Assembly (NCBI GenBank): GCA_964252075.1
Contig: CAXULY010000014.1
Location: 50,683 to 114,682, forward strand
Direction: 5' to 3'
DNA length: 64,000 nucleotides
DNA from: an uncultured Deinococcaceae bacterium
Lineage (GTDB): Bacteria > Deinococcota > Deinococci > Deinococcales > Deinococcaceae
Under the pieces are notes generated by a model, which was not told the DNA's origin, did not search any database, and saw only the letters and a program-made list of their open reading frames with translations. A program made the translations under genes and the position numbers. Below are positions 51,341 through 62,015 of this stretch, piece by piece; within the stretch, counting starts at the first letter, position 1; every line of letters begins with the position of its first letter.

Positions 51341-53421
51341 CGAGAGCGCCCTGCGTCCTGCTCGTTCACCAGCTGGTACCCAGCCCCCGAGGCTGGCGGG
51401 CAGATGCTTCGCCGCTGTCACCATGGAGCCGCACTTGTGTCAGCCGAAGCGGGCAGGTGGGCCGCGCCGGAAGGGAAGAGTTTCCCCTCGGAAACTGTGA
51501 GGGTGAGAATGCCCAGGGTCCAAGGTAGATGCGCGGCCCCATCACGCTCCGTGGATTGCTCCTGGCCGCGACGTTACGGTCCGTCCAGGAGTTGTTACTT
51601 GGCCGCGGCGAAGCACCCACCACGCACGCCTACTAGACTTCATGGCAGGCGCAAATTCCTACTGGGTCACCTCACGCACGCCGATCGCCTCAAACCATAT
51701 ATCTGCGTGCTTGATGTCCATGGAATGCGATCATCACCCTGCGGTTCGTGGTGTTTGGGTTTGTCTTGGATGCCTATCTGATCGTTCCACGGCGTCGAGG
51801 AGGGACAACGTGATGGTCCACGCCAACAGCGACTTAACGGGTGGCTGCTGGCTTTCGGTGCTCAAGCACCAACGGGCCGCCTCTGCCGCACCCGTAGGTG
51901 AAGCACGCGTATCAGGGGAACGGATGTAATCGCTCCTCTTGACATTTCTGCACCCTAAAGGGTGCTGTCTGCATCGCCTCCAGGATCCACAGCTTCCCAA
52001 CTTCAATTTCGCAGGCTTCAACCGGTTCGCCACTCAGTTGATGGTTCGTTCAGGCCGCGCACAAGGGCTGCCCTGCTAACCCGTTCAGGGCCTGTCAGTT
52101 CGGTCGAGGACCAGCGGCGATCTGCGCTGCTGCCCTTGCGCTTTCAATGTGATGGTAGGTGCTCAGCCTATAGGTCCGGCCTGGTAGTTCATGGGGAAGC
52201 GCTGGCCCTGACGGGTTGGCATGAAGGCATTCCACTTCGGCCGGCAGGTCTGCCTTCAGCCGTTGAACCTCAATCCCAAGTCTATTGTTCCCGCCCAGCT
52301 GGCGGACAGCCCGATCGTGGAGCGGAAGCTCACCTAGAGTGAGCTGCGATCAATCCATATCCTTTGTTTTCCAGAGCCGCACCAGCCAGTAAGTTGCCCC
52401 CGCTTCCACGTCGCGCCCACCCAACGCGCATCGGAAAGCCCACTGAGTCCACGCTCAATGGAGGCCGCTGGCGCTTTGGGGACGCCAGCTGAATCTCTGA
52501 ACTGCACCTCTGGCACTTTCGGTCATGACCGACATGGGGGTGAACTCGTTGTGTTTGGCGGAAGTCAGTGGCATGCGGCGGCACGCCACGGGTATCTCAC
52601 AAGCAATGCCATCACGCCACGTGGCGTACCACGTCGGTTCTCAATCACGATGGCCACTGGGGTGGACCGATGGGTGAGCGTTCGCGTCACTTCAGTCATC
52701 TGGGAGCGGTTGGGCTTGCGCCGACAGGTCTGCCGCGCGCAATCGCGGGGGGTAGCAAAGCGGAGTACCCACGCTGCGACAGGACCGCCGCACGGGCGGC
52801 GCACCTTCCCCTGCGGTTCCCCCCGATGGACCTGCGTGTCGCGCTTCTTCCCTGCAACCCACTCAGGTCCGCCTGTGACCTGGTGCCGCTTACCCACTCG
52901 TCGAGGAGCATCAGTGTCGCCATGTTCAGCGAATGGCGCTGAACGCCCGCTGCACCTCCAGCCGCAACACTCTGGTTGCTGCCCTAGTTTTTGGGCGTAC
53001 TGTTCCAGCCCCTGTAAGGTGCTAGTTCAGCATGCGGTCCATGCCGTGGCCCGTCTTCGCACGACGAATCGCAATGGGGGCTCGGGTGGGTTCTGCGGCT
53101 CCTGGCTTGCCGCTCATTGAACGCTCGTGATGCTTCGCGGTCACGGCTGGCGTGTCGAGTCCTGGCTTCGACGCAGGGTGGGCGCGCCTCAAGCTCTCGT
53201 GGCCATCGTGGTTCGCCAAGCACTCCCCTTCAAGAGATCGAAGTGCGCACCCCTCCAGGCCTGGGCGTCTGACTGCAAGCAGGGGGAGCAGCTGCCATAT
53301 CATGCCGTCCAATTGCTTATGGGTGAAGTGCCTTGGTGGTCCACCTCGCCCTGCGTTTGCACGCATCAATCACACGGCGATGACTCACGAACACACTGCT
53401 CGAAGCGCCCCGGACAGCCAG

Positions 53422-54228
53422 TCACTGGGCGCCGGTCGTTCGGGCTTCGAGGAACATGTTGGGCTGCTGCAGGTAGTAATCAATGTAAAACCCATCCTGG
53501 TACGTGGTGCTCCACGGGTAGTCGTGCACCCCCATGGCCCGCCGGCGCAGCTGGAGGGGCTGGCCGTCGAATGTCGCGGTGACCGCGTACGTCCCCCACA
53601 TCACGTTCGGGATCAACCACCCGCTGTTCGTCTGCGTGAGGTTGAAGGTGTGGGCGGCGCCCGTGGAGCCGTCCGCGAGTTTTCCGATCGGCGTGAGCGT
53701 GACCTGCACCTTCGAGAAGTCGATGCTGAACTCACCGGTCGCTTCATCGATGATGATGAGGCCCAGGTTCCCGTACGGGTCCTGCTGCGTGACTGGCTTG
53801 GGCTTCAGCGTGAAGTTGCGCACCCCGCCCTGAAGGCCAGGTACGGCGTCGTCGTTGTCCGGAACGAGGTCGATGGTGGCGGTGTACCCGTTGTACTGCA
53901 GGTGCGCGTGCGCCGTCACGTGCCAGGTGGTCGCGAGGAGGCTCACGTCAATCTTGTAGTTGCCGTTGGCGTCGGTGCGGGTGATGAGGTTGCTGTTGTC
54001 CGCGATGGTGTTGTCGGCGTCCACTTCAACGCCTTCGATGGGGTCGCCCTGGGCGTTGGTGACCTTGCCGGTAATGAAGCCGGTGCTGGGGGCCGGCTGA
54101 GGTTGAGGCGCGGGGGCTGGGGCTGGGGTGGGGTTCGGGGTGGTCTGGGCACTGCTGGCATTGCCGCATGCGGAAAGGGCGACGGTGAGGAAGGCGGTGG
54201 CGAGCGCGGTCAGGGCAATCTTGTGCAT
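53422..54228 (-). CDS. Lipoprotein with carboxypeptidase-regulatory-like domain
   Basis: Lipobox LSAC, Pro-rich linker, GFITGKVTNAQGDPIEGVEVDADNT..TDANGNY; close paralog of 55656-56405. Confidence 0.88.
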   Translation of the reverse strand: MHKIALTALATAFLTVALSACGNASSAQTTPNPTPAPAPAPQPQPAPSTGFITGKVTNAQGDPIEGVEVDADNTIADNSNLITRTDANGNYKIDVSLLATTWHVTAHAHLQYNGYTATIDLVPDNDDAVPGLQGGVRNFTLKPKPVTQQDPYGNLGLIIIDEATGEFSIDFSKVQVTLTPIGKLADGSTGAAHTFNLTQTNSGWLIPNVMWGTYAVTATFDGQPLQLRRRAMGVHDYPWSTTYQDGFYIDYYLQQPNMFLEARTTGAQ

Positions 54229-54268
54229 GGTGGTCTCCTTGGCACCCAGTCACTGGGTGAGCTGCGAC

Positions 54269-54304
54269 CACCGTATGCATCGCACCGTGGTGACGCGATG
54301 ACAC
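54269..54304 (-). promoter_or_regulatory. Shared promoter motif GTGTCAT-N6-ACCA-N12-TACGGTG
   Basis: Reverse-strand copy; further RYCA units at 54310 and 54322 continue the ~11-bp period. Confidence 0.75.
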
Positions 54305-55146
54305 CCTCTTGGTTGGCTGTGTGACGGCGCTGGGCGGCCAACCAGACCATCATTCCGACGCCTCTCGATGGCGAGATCAACGATCCTAAAAGCCCTCATG
54401 GCCGCGCCTCTGTTACGCATATCGCGTGAGGTCATTCTTCCGGACAGGAGTATCCATACGAGTTCCTGCAGGTCTTAAGGGCCATGCGGCAGCTGCCATG
54501 GACGGGGCGTGGCTGAAGGAAGATCGGTGTGCACATGATGGTTATGGTGCTGAGCACCCCACTGAATTCCACCTGGGCGAGTGATTTTTGGTGTACGTCC
54601 CGGGCGCCTCAAACCCGGTGTCTTCCGTCATAGGTGGGAGCGCCCATTCGCGCTTGTCTGACGTGGTACCTCCAGCGCCTCTTGCCAGTCCGCGCGGGCC
54701 AGCAGAACCCGGTGGGCGCACGACGTGCGACGGACGAAAGGCCGCGGTGGGGTCCTGCGTGCTTGGCCATTGGCATGTCGTTGTGCCATGACTGTCTCAG
54801 CGCTGGACCAGACCTCCCTATTCGCAATCGCCCGTTTTGGTGACAGACAGCGACCAAGCCCACGACCCAGCAGCGCTCGATCTGCGGTAACGCAAGTCCG
54901 GCTCCCCATAGAGCCGTCCGTTCACTGGTGGTGCTGCCTATGGTGCGTCAGCACGGTCCATGGCGTATCCCCCAGGACGCGCCTCTCTGAACGCTTCATG
55001 GGCGCCGCAACTTCTGAATGGAAGTCGGGCGCCCATGAGGGTGCTTTGGTCCGGTGATGCCTCGAAGCGAGCAGCTTACGCAGGTGCCAGTGTGGCTTGG
55101 CGGTGGCCTGCACCCGCTCGGCGTTCATCTGGTTCCCACCGTGCCG

Positions 55147-55659
55147 CTACGGCGCCAGCAGGGCGTTGGAGGTCATCAGGCAGGCGCTGTCGGCGCCGAC
55201 ATCGAGGGCGACCAGCACCCCGCTCTGCGTGTTCAGCCAGATGGAGTCCGAGGGCCAGTGCGTCAGGGCTCGGGCGAGGTCCTCACCCGCGTCCGGTTCG
55301 CTCTTGCTGGCGCGCAAGTGGCGCCGCACGCGTTGCGCCGCCCAATTGAGGCCATCCGGGACGCGCTGGAAGGCGCTGGGTTGCTTCAGGGTCATGGGGT
55401 GCGCGCTCCCGTAGCACGAGGCCCACGCACGCCACGTGCGCCCCGCCTTGGTGTGGCGCAGGCTGAGCACACTGCCGTGCAGGAGCGGACCCTGCCGAAC
55501 GAGCACGGCGTCCGCGGCGTGCTCTGCACGGCGGTCCGCGCTGGTCGTGAGCCACGCCACCGCCGCGAGCAGCGACAGACCCAGCGCGACACCGCCCGTG
55601 CGGATCCACCGCTCGATGCGTTCCCCGCTGGGCGGTGTGGTGGCCGACGAGGTGTTCAG
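55147..55659 (-). CDS. Hypothetical single-TM protein (possible CTG start overlapping the upstream stop)
   Basis: Open frame with one N-terminal hydrophobic helix directly after the 55656 stop. Confidence 0.4.
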   Translation of the reverse strand: MNTSSATTPPSGERIERWIRTGGVALGLSLLAAVAWLTTSADRRAEHAADAVLVRQGPLLHGSVLSLRHTKAGRTWRAWASCYGSAHPMTLKQPSAFQRVPDGLNWAAQRVRRHLRASKSEPDAGEDLARALTHWPSDSIWLNTQSGVLVALDVGADSACLMTSNALLAP

Positions 55660-56405
55660 TTCGCACCGCCGGGCGTGCGGACTTCCAGGAACATGTTGGG
55701 TTGCGTGGAGTAGAAATCCTGGTAGAAGCCGCCCGTGTAGGTGCGCTTCCACGCGAAGTCGTTGAGGCCGCTGGCCCGGCGGCGCACCTCCAGCGGCTGT
55801 CCGTTCAGGGTGGCCTGCACGTTATAGGTGCCCCACATGATGTTCGGGATGGCCCAGCCTGAGCCCGTGCGGATCAACTTGAACGCGTGGGCGCGGCCCG
55901 TTGAGCCGTCCGCGAGTTTGCCCTGCGGCGTGAGCGTGAGCGTGACGGCGGCGAAATCGATGCTGTACTCGCCCACGGCAGGTTCGACCAGCACCAGGGC
56001 GAGGTTGCCGTACGGGTCGCTGTTCGTGACGGCCTTGGGTTTCAGCACGAAATCGCGCACACCGCCGACGCGGCCGGCCACCACCTCGGGGTTCTTGGGA
56101 AGCAGGCTGACGGAGACGTCATAGCCCTGGTACTGCAGGGCTTTGCGGGCGGTGACGTTCCAGGTGGTGGGCAGCAGGCGCACGTCAATGGTGTAGTGGC
56201 CCTTCGCGTCGGTGTACACGATCAGGTTGCTGTCGTACGCCAGGGTGTTGTCGGCGATCACCTCGACGCCGGGCATGGGCTGTCCGGCTTCATTGACGAC
56301 GGTGCCGGTGATGAAGCCCTTCGCTGCGGCGGGGGCGGCGCCGCCCAGTTGGGCGGTCAGCAGGATGAGCAGGGCGGTGTATCGGGTGTGCGTGCGCAGG
56401 TCCAT
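55656..56405 (-). CDS. Secreted protein with carboxypeptidase-regulatory-like domain
   Basis: AAGGAG RBS, signal peptide; shares DPYGNL, GKLADGSTG, IPN.MWGTY and QPNMFLE with 53422-54228. Confidence 0.88.
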   Translation of the reverse strand: MDLRTHTRYTALLILLTAQLGGAAPAAAKGFITGTVVNEAGQPMPGVEVIADNTLAYDSNLIVYTDAKGHYTIDVRLLPTTWNVTARKALQYQGYDVSVSLLPKNPEVVAGRVGGVRDFVLKPKAVTNSDPYGNLALVLVEPAVGEYSIDFAAVTLTLTPQGKLADGSTGRAHAFKLIRTGSGWAIPNIMWGTYNVQATLNGQPLEVRRRASGLNDFAWKRTYTGGFYQDFYSTQPNMFLEVRTPGGAN

Positions 56406-56450
56406 GGTGGGCTCCTTGGGCACCGGCTTCTGGCGCTGGTGCGTGAGAGG

Positions 56451-56486
56451 CACCGTAGGATGGCGCCCGTGGTGGCGAAATGACAC
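56451..56486 (-). promoter_or_regulatory. Shared promoter motif GTGTCAT-N6-ACCA-N12-TACGGTG
   Basis: Reverse-strand copy 45 nt upstream of the ATG at 56405. Confidence 0.75.
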
Positions 56487-56749
56487 GGCTCAGGGCGGAT
56501 TTCTGCTGGACGCGCTTGGAAGGTGCCCGCGTCGACGGCATCGCGGTTGTTTCCAGGACCGCCCGGACTGGCTCTGGAGGCGGCCCGGAAGAGTGCTTCA
56601 CCCGCTGGCGGAGACCGCGGCGAGGCTTAGCCTCGCCGTCCCCATTCATGCTCGTGCGGTGCATGTAGGGTGTGGTCTGGCGCGGGCAGGTCAGATTGAC
56701 GCATCCACCCCTCGGGGGCGCGCCGTCCGTTCAGGACGTCCGGGTGGAT

Positions 56750-57063
56750 GCGGTGCGGGCCGCCGCTTCTGGCGTTCGCCTCGCCGCCACGAACGCCTGC
56801 GCCACCCGGCCGGGCGTCAGCCCGGCGTCGGCGCGCACGTGGGCCGCCGAGCGGTGCATCAGGCGCCGCAACAGGTGCATCATGTTGTCGCGCGCGTTCG
56901 CGTGCGGCCTGCCGGGCTACAGCAGTGCGGCCACGCGGCGGCGCAGCAGGTTAGCTTCCAGCGCCAGGAAGGTCAGCAGCGCGGCTGTTCGGTGGTCGGT
57001 CCGCGCGCGGTGGCCATCTGCGCGCTCATGCTGCGCCGGACCAAAGACGATCAAGTGCCACAC
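56750..57063 (-). pseudogene. Remnant of a SARP-type N-terminal DNA-binding domain
   Basis: Manual translation VWHLIVFGP..RTAALLTFLALE..VAALL*PG..ARDNMMHLLRRL matches the N-termini of the other two regulators; TAG at 56917-56919; left end approximate. Confidence 0.75.
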
Positions 57064-57424
57064 CTCCGCCTGAGCGCATGCTTCAACGCAACACACTCAA
57101 AGTCGGCCCGCATTCATGGGTCAGGCTGGAAGTGGGTGCCTGATTGAACGATCCGCCCGTTCATGGCCCAGGCGCGTGACGGGGTGACGTGCGCCTGGAG
57201 GCACCACCGCGAATGCACCGCACGGTGTGGCGTGTTCCGCTGATGACGCCCATTGCGCGCGCTTTCACCCCTGGCTGGGCGTCGTGATCGCTGAAGGTCG
57301 TTCCTCACGCTTCCTTTCGGGCGCGGGACAGAGGGCGGGTCCCTCTGCCGCATGCGTGTGGTCACCGCCACGAACGGCGTGGAATGGGAGCTTGAAGTGT
57401 TCTGCCTGCTACACTGTGGATGCG

Positions 57425-60400
57425 ATGCAGACGCCTTCCTGGCGACTTTCCGTGCTGGGGCCGGGACGGTTGACGGACCCGGCGGGTCGCGCGGCCCGCT
57501 GTGAGGGAAAGCCGCTCGCGCTCATCACGTATCTGGCGCTGGAGGGCCCGACCACCCGTGCACGCCTGGCGGACCTGCTGTGGCCGGGCGTTCAGGAAGT
57601 CACCGCGCGGAACAACCTGGTGGTGCTGATGCGGCGCCTGCGGCGGCAACTGGGGACGGACCTCATTCAGGCCGACGAACGGCTGAGCCTGCACCCGGAC
57701 CTGTGGGTGGACGCGCAGGCGCTCACGGCGCTTCAGGTGGCGTCGGACGAGTCGGTGCTGCCCTCTGGCGCGCTGCTGGACGGCCAGGCCTGGGAGGACC
57801 TGCCGGAGTTCGCGGACTGGCTGCTGGTCTGGCGTGAGCGACTCGATGCAGGCCGCGCCCGGCTGGCCCTGCAGGTCGCGGAGCGGCACGAGGCGGCGGG
57901 TCACTGGCGGCCGGCCCTCACGGCGATCGAGCGCGCGCTGGAGTGGAATGCCCTCTCGGAGGACCTGCTGCGCGCCCACATGCGCCTGCTGTACCTGAGC
58001 GGCGACCGCACAGGGGCCCTGCGCGCCTTCGAAACCGGCCGAGCGCGCCTGAGGCGCGAACTGCACACGGAGCCCATGCCGGTCACGCAGGACCTCGCGC
58101 GGCTGATCGAGCGGGGCGGTCGGGTGCCGCTGGAACCCAGCCCGCCGCTCACCTCCGAGCGGCGACTGCGCGCGCCAGCCCTGGTGGCGCGCGAGGCGGA
58201 GTGGGCGCTGATGGAGGCGGCCTGGGCGCGAGGGCAGGTGATCCTCTTGGTGGGGGAAGCGGGCGCGGGCAAGTCGCGGCTGGCCAGTGACTTCGTGGCG
58301 AGCAAGGGGCGCGCGCTGCTGTTCGAGGGTCGGCCCGGGGACGTCAGCGTGCCGTACGCGACGGCGGTGCGCAACCTGCGGCGCGTCCTGGCGCAACCGG
58401 GCCAGCCGCCACTGGAGGACGCCTTGCGCCGCAGCCTCAGCCGCGTGCTGCCGGAACTTGGGGGGGAGCTGGACCGCGGAGACGGCGCGGACACCCGCCT
58501 TCGCGACGCCATCAGGACGGTGCTGCAGCGGGGCGTGGCGGACGTGAGCGCGTTGATCTTCGACGACCTGCAGTTCTCCGACGATGCGTCCATTGAGGTG
58601 ACGACGCTGCCGTCCGCCGCCGCCTTCCCGCTGGGGCGTCCGGGCGGTCTGCCCCGCATGGTGATCTGTTACCGCAGCGGACAGCTCTCGCCGGGGTACG
58701 AGGCGCAACTCCGGGACCTGATGGACGCGGGCTTCGCGGTGCGCATTGACGTCGGACCCCTGGGTGAGGCAGGGGTGGCGGCCCTGCTGGACAGTCTGGC
58801 GGTGCCGGGTGACGCGCAGGAGGGCCGCCGGGTGGCGCGCCTCACCGGCGGGAACCCCGCGTTCGTGCTGGAGGTCGCCCGACTCACGCCGTCGCAGGAG
58901 GCCCGCCACGCCACCCTGCCGCCGCGCGTGGAGCAGCTCATGCAGGCGCGCCTGACCCGCCTCGCGCCCGTCAGCCTGTCGGTGGCGCGCGCCGCGGGCG
59001 TGCTGCAGAGCGACTTCACGGTGGAGCAGGTCGCTGAACTCCTCGACATGCCGCTGCTGGACGCCGCCGCCGCGTGGGATGAACTGGAGCGCGCCGACAT
59101 CATTCATGGCGAGCGCTTCAGCCACGACCTGATGGCCAGCGCGGTCCGCACCGGCATGCCGCCGGTGGTGCGGCGGCTGCTGCACCGCGGTGCCGCCCGC
59201 CTGCTGGCGCGCGGCGCCGCGCCTCCAGCCCGCATTGCGCAGCACTGGTTGGACGGCGGGGACGAGCAGCAGGCGGCCCCGTGGCTGGTGCACGCCGGGG
59301 AGGCGGCCCGCCTGGCCTTTCGACTGCAGGAGGCCGCCGGTTTCCTGGCGCGCGCCGCCGACCTCTTCACCCGCCACGGACAGCCGGAGCTCGCGTTTGA
59401 CGCGGCGGTACAGCAACTGGACGTGCGGGCGGACCTGGGGGACGCCGGTCACCGTGAGGCTGCGGAGGCGCTGCTCGCGGCGGCGGGCACCGAGGGGCAG
59501 CGCGCGCGGGCGGCCGTGCAGGTCGCCCGCGCGCTGAGCGACCTGGGGGACAGTGACGCCCTCGAACAGGTCGCGCAGGAGGGACTGCTGAACGCCACCG
59601 CCGCAGGCGACCTCGACAGCGAGGCGGCGCTGCAGGAAGCTCTGGCCATCGTCGCCCTGTGGAGGTGCCAGCTGGACCGCGCGCCCGCGCCCCTGCGCCG
59701 GATGCAGGACATCGGGCGGCAGCGACAGTCGCTGGACTGGCAGGCGCGCGCGGAAGAGGGCCTGGGGTTGTGGGCGTCCTACTGTCACCTGCAGCAGGCG
59801 GTGCAGCACCTGGAGCGTGCCGAGGCGCTGAACCTCCAGCGGGGCGGCCGCGTGCGGGCGGCGAGCAGCGCCGACAAACTCGCCCGCGTTCACTTCGACC
59901 TGGGTGAGGTGCACCTCGCACAGGTCATCCACGACCGCGCCGAGCGGCACCTGGACGGCCTGGAAGGCAGTGTGGGCGAGAAGCTCGTGAACGCGCACGG
60001 GCGCGTGATGTGCCTGCAGGGCCTCGGTCATCCGGCCGCCGCGCTGCGCCTGGGCGAGGAGACGCTGGAGGCGTACGCCGCCACCCACCACAACGCCCTG
60101 TGGGTGCTGCGATTGCAGCGGGCCCGCAGCCTGTTCCTGCTGGGCGCGTTCGAGGCCGCGCTGGACCAGATCGAGGAGACGCGCCGCGCGGCGCGCGTGC
60201 CCGGCCACCTGACCGCGACGCGCGCGGTGGAGCAGGCGGAAGTGCTGACCGCACTGCACCGACCTGCCGAAGCGGACACCTGCCTGACGGAAGCCGAAGC
60301 GCGCCTCGCCACCCTTGATGACGTGCACCTGCGCGTGCGCCTGCTGCTCACCCGCGCGGCCCTGAAGGACCCGCGTGCGGCGACGCCGCTGCTGGGCGCC

Positions 60401-60763
60401 GCACTGGCGCTGGCCGAGCAGCACGGCCTCGCCGGGGCGGTGCTGGCGGTCCAAGCGCGACAGGCGGCCATCATGCTGGACCTGGGTGAGGCGCCGGACC
60501 TGCCGCCCGTGGCGGACGCGCACGGTGGGATCATCAGCGCCGAGGAGTGGCACTTCCAGCGCCACCGGGCGCTCAGGGCTCAGGGATCACCGGACGCGGC
60601 GGAGGCCCTGCAAGCTGCGTGGGCGGGCCTCCAGGTGGCGTGCGCGCCCCTCTCACCGGACGCCCGCACGGTCTTCTTGACCCACGTCCCCCTGCACCGT
60701 GCCATCACGGAAGCGATGCGTTTCAACCTCACCTCAAGTGGAGTCAGGGGAGTGGAGGGCTGA
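57425..60763 (+). CDS. SARP/BTAD-AAA ATPase-TPR transcriptional activator
   Basis: wHTH (LALITYLALEG..LADLLWP..ARNNL), BTAD (SEDLLRAHMRLLYLSGDR), GEAGAGKS, FDDLQ, TGGNP, FSHDL; TACACT at 57410. Confidence 0.92.
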   Translation: MQTPSWRLSVLGPGRLTDPAGRAARCEGKPLALITYLALEGPTTRARLADLLWPGVQEVTARNNLVVLMRRLRRQLGTDLIQADERLSLHPDLWVDAQALTALQVASDESVLPSGALLDGQAWEDLPEFADWLLVWRERLDAGRARLALQVAERHEAAGHWRPALTAIERALEWNALSEDLLRAHMRLLYLSGDRTGALRAFETGRARLRRELHTEPMPVTQDLARLIERGGRVPLEPSPPLTSERRLRAPALVAREAEWALMEAAWARGQVILLVGEAGAGKSRLASDFVASKGRALLFEGRPGDVSVPYATAVRNLRRVLAQPGQPPLEDALRRSLSRVLPELGGELDRGDGADTRLRDAIRTVLQRGVADVSALIFDDLQFSDDASIEVTTLPSAAAFPLGRPGGLPRMVICYRSGQLSPGYEAQLRDLMDAGFAVRIDVGPLGEAGVAALLDSLAVPGDAQEGRRVARLTGGNPAFVLEVARLTPSQEARHATLPPRVEQLMQARLTRLAPVSLSVARAAGVLQSDFTVEQVAELLDMPLLDAAAAWDELERADIIHGERFSHDLMASAVRTGMPPVVRRLLHRGAARLLARGAAPPARIAQHWLDGGDEQQAAPWLVHAGEAARLAFRLQEAAGFLARAADLFTRHGQPELAFDAAVQQLDVRADLGDAGHREAAEALLAAAGTEGQRARAAVQVARALSDLGDSDALEQVAQEGLLNATAAGDLDSEAALQEALAIVALWRCQLDRAPAPLRRMQDIGRQRQSLDWQARAEEGLGLWASYCHLQQAVQHLERAEALNLQRGGRVRAASSADKLARVHFDLGEVHLAQVIHDRAERHLDGLEGSVGEKLVNAHGRVMCLQGLGHPAAALRLGEETLEAYAATHHNALWVLRLQRARSLFLLGAFEAALDQIEETRRAARVPGHLTATRAVEQAEVLTALHRPAEADTCLTEAEARLATLDDVHLRVRLLLTRAALKDPRAATPLLGAALALAEQHGLAGAVLAVQARQAAIMLDLGEAPDLPPVADAHGGIISAEEWHFQRHRALRAQGSPDAAEALQAAWAGLQVACAPLSPDARTVFLTHVPLHRAITEAMRFNLTSSGVRGVEG

Positions 60764-60941
60764 GAACATAGGGTCCGAGGTCTGCACGGCAGTCAGCACA
60801 CACCTCCTCGACCCACCCTTGAAGCACGTTCAGGACGAACCCCGTACCTGGCCCGCTCTCCACCCACCACGGGGTCCTTCCTTTCTTGCGCACCCATCGT
60901 TCAACAGGCCAGCCCTGCGTTCGGGCCACGCGCGGTTGAAC

Positions 60942-61592
60942 TCAATGCGCGTCGGGAAGCGTCCGCATGAGGCGGAAGAAGTCCTCGTCCCCGTGCCGCG
61001 TGTACAGGTCCTGGAGGGCGCCCAGCGTGTCGTCCCTCATCACGCCGAGGCGCTGGAGGACCGCGCACGTGAACTCGATGGGCACCGCGCCCGTCGCGGT
61101 GATGAGGTCACGGTCCGCGCACACCGGCACGTGCTGGTACCACGCCTCGCCGGTGTAGTTCGGGAAGCTGTGCTTCAGCAGGTCCAGGTTGTTGCTGGTG
61201 TGCGGGCGGTTGTTCAGCAGCCCCGCTCCGGCCAGCGCCTCACTTCCGCCGCAGATGGCCGCGACCGGCACGCCGGCGGAGAGGAAATCGGCGGCCTTGC
61301 CAAGGATGGTGCGGTGCTCGGGGTTGGTCCACCCGCCGCCGCCTACCAGGATCAGCAGGTCAGTGCCTTCGGGCGTGACGTCCGCCGCCGCGAGGTCCGG
61401 ACTGACCTTTAAACCCCCCATGCTGGTGACGCGCTCGCCGTTCGCGCTGACCGTCAGGACATCAAAGCCCTCTCCCGGCGTGAAGCCGGGCGCGCTGAAG
61501 TGCCGTCCGGTCCGCAACTCCGCCATGAGGAGGCCCGCCTCCCAGTCGGCGAAGGTGTCCAGCACGTACACGTACACCCGCCCGGCGGTCAC
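60942..61592 (-). CDS. DJ-1/PfpI family protein
   Basis: FADWE, VTSMGGL, LILVGG..W, VAAICGG, HTSN. Confidence 0.92.
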   Translation of the reverse strand: MTAGRVYVYVLDTFADWEAGLLMAELRTGRHFSAPGFTPGEGFDVLTVSANGERVTSMGGLKVSPDLAAADVTPEGTDLLILVGGGGWTNPEHRTILGKAADFLSAGVPVAAICGGSEALAGAGLLNNRPHTSNNLDLLKHSFPNYTGEAWYQHVPVCADRDLITATGAVPIEFTCAVLQRLGVMRDDTLGALQDLYTRHGDEDFFRLMRTLPDAH

Positions 61593-62015
61593 CTTAAACC
61601 CCGCGCCGAAACGACCACGTGGGCGGCGAGATGCCCCGTGGTCCGGGCGCGCTGCCAGACCGACTTGGCCAAGCCCGCTCGTTTTCGCTCGACGCTCGCG
61701 GTCAGGTGAACGCTCATGCCTTCCACCCTAACGAATGGGCAGGGAGGCCCGCGCGTGTTGTTCAGGCGGGGCTGAACCGGTTGGGAAATATGGGGACAGC
61801 AAGCTGTGACTGAACTCGCCCGTGATGACATGTGGTTCGTGTGGGTCGTGCCCTGATGCGGGGTCATCACCCCGCATGCGGTGCGTTGCGTATCCCTGTA
61901 GGCGGCGCCCCTAACAGGGAATCATGGGTCACGCGGGGTCGTCAGAGGGCACCGTGACGGTCAGTGGCGTGGCTGCGGGGCGAACATCCCCACCTGAACG
62001 GCTAGGCTGAGGAAC

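Noticed and set aside
52480..52580. c-di-AMP (ydaO) riboswitch suggested by GCTGAATC and GGGGGTGAA
   Set aside because: The 3' conserved elements are missing and no downstream gene lies on that strand
61856..61877. Hairpin ATGCGGGGT-CATC-ACCCCGCAT as a terminator
   Set aside because: No U-tract, and it lies between divergent gene starts; may be an operator but nothing else supports that
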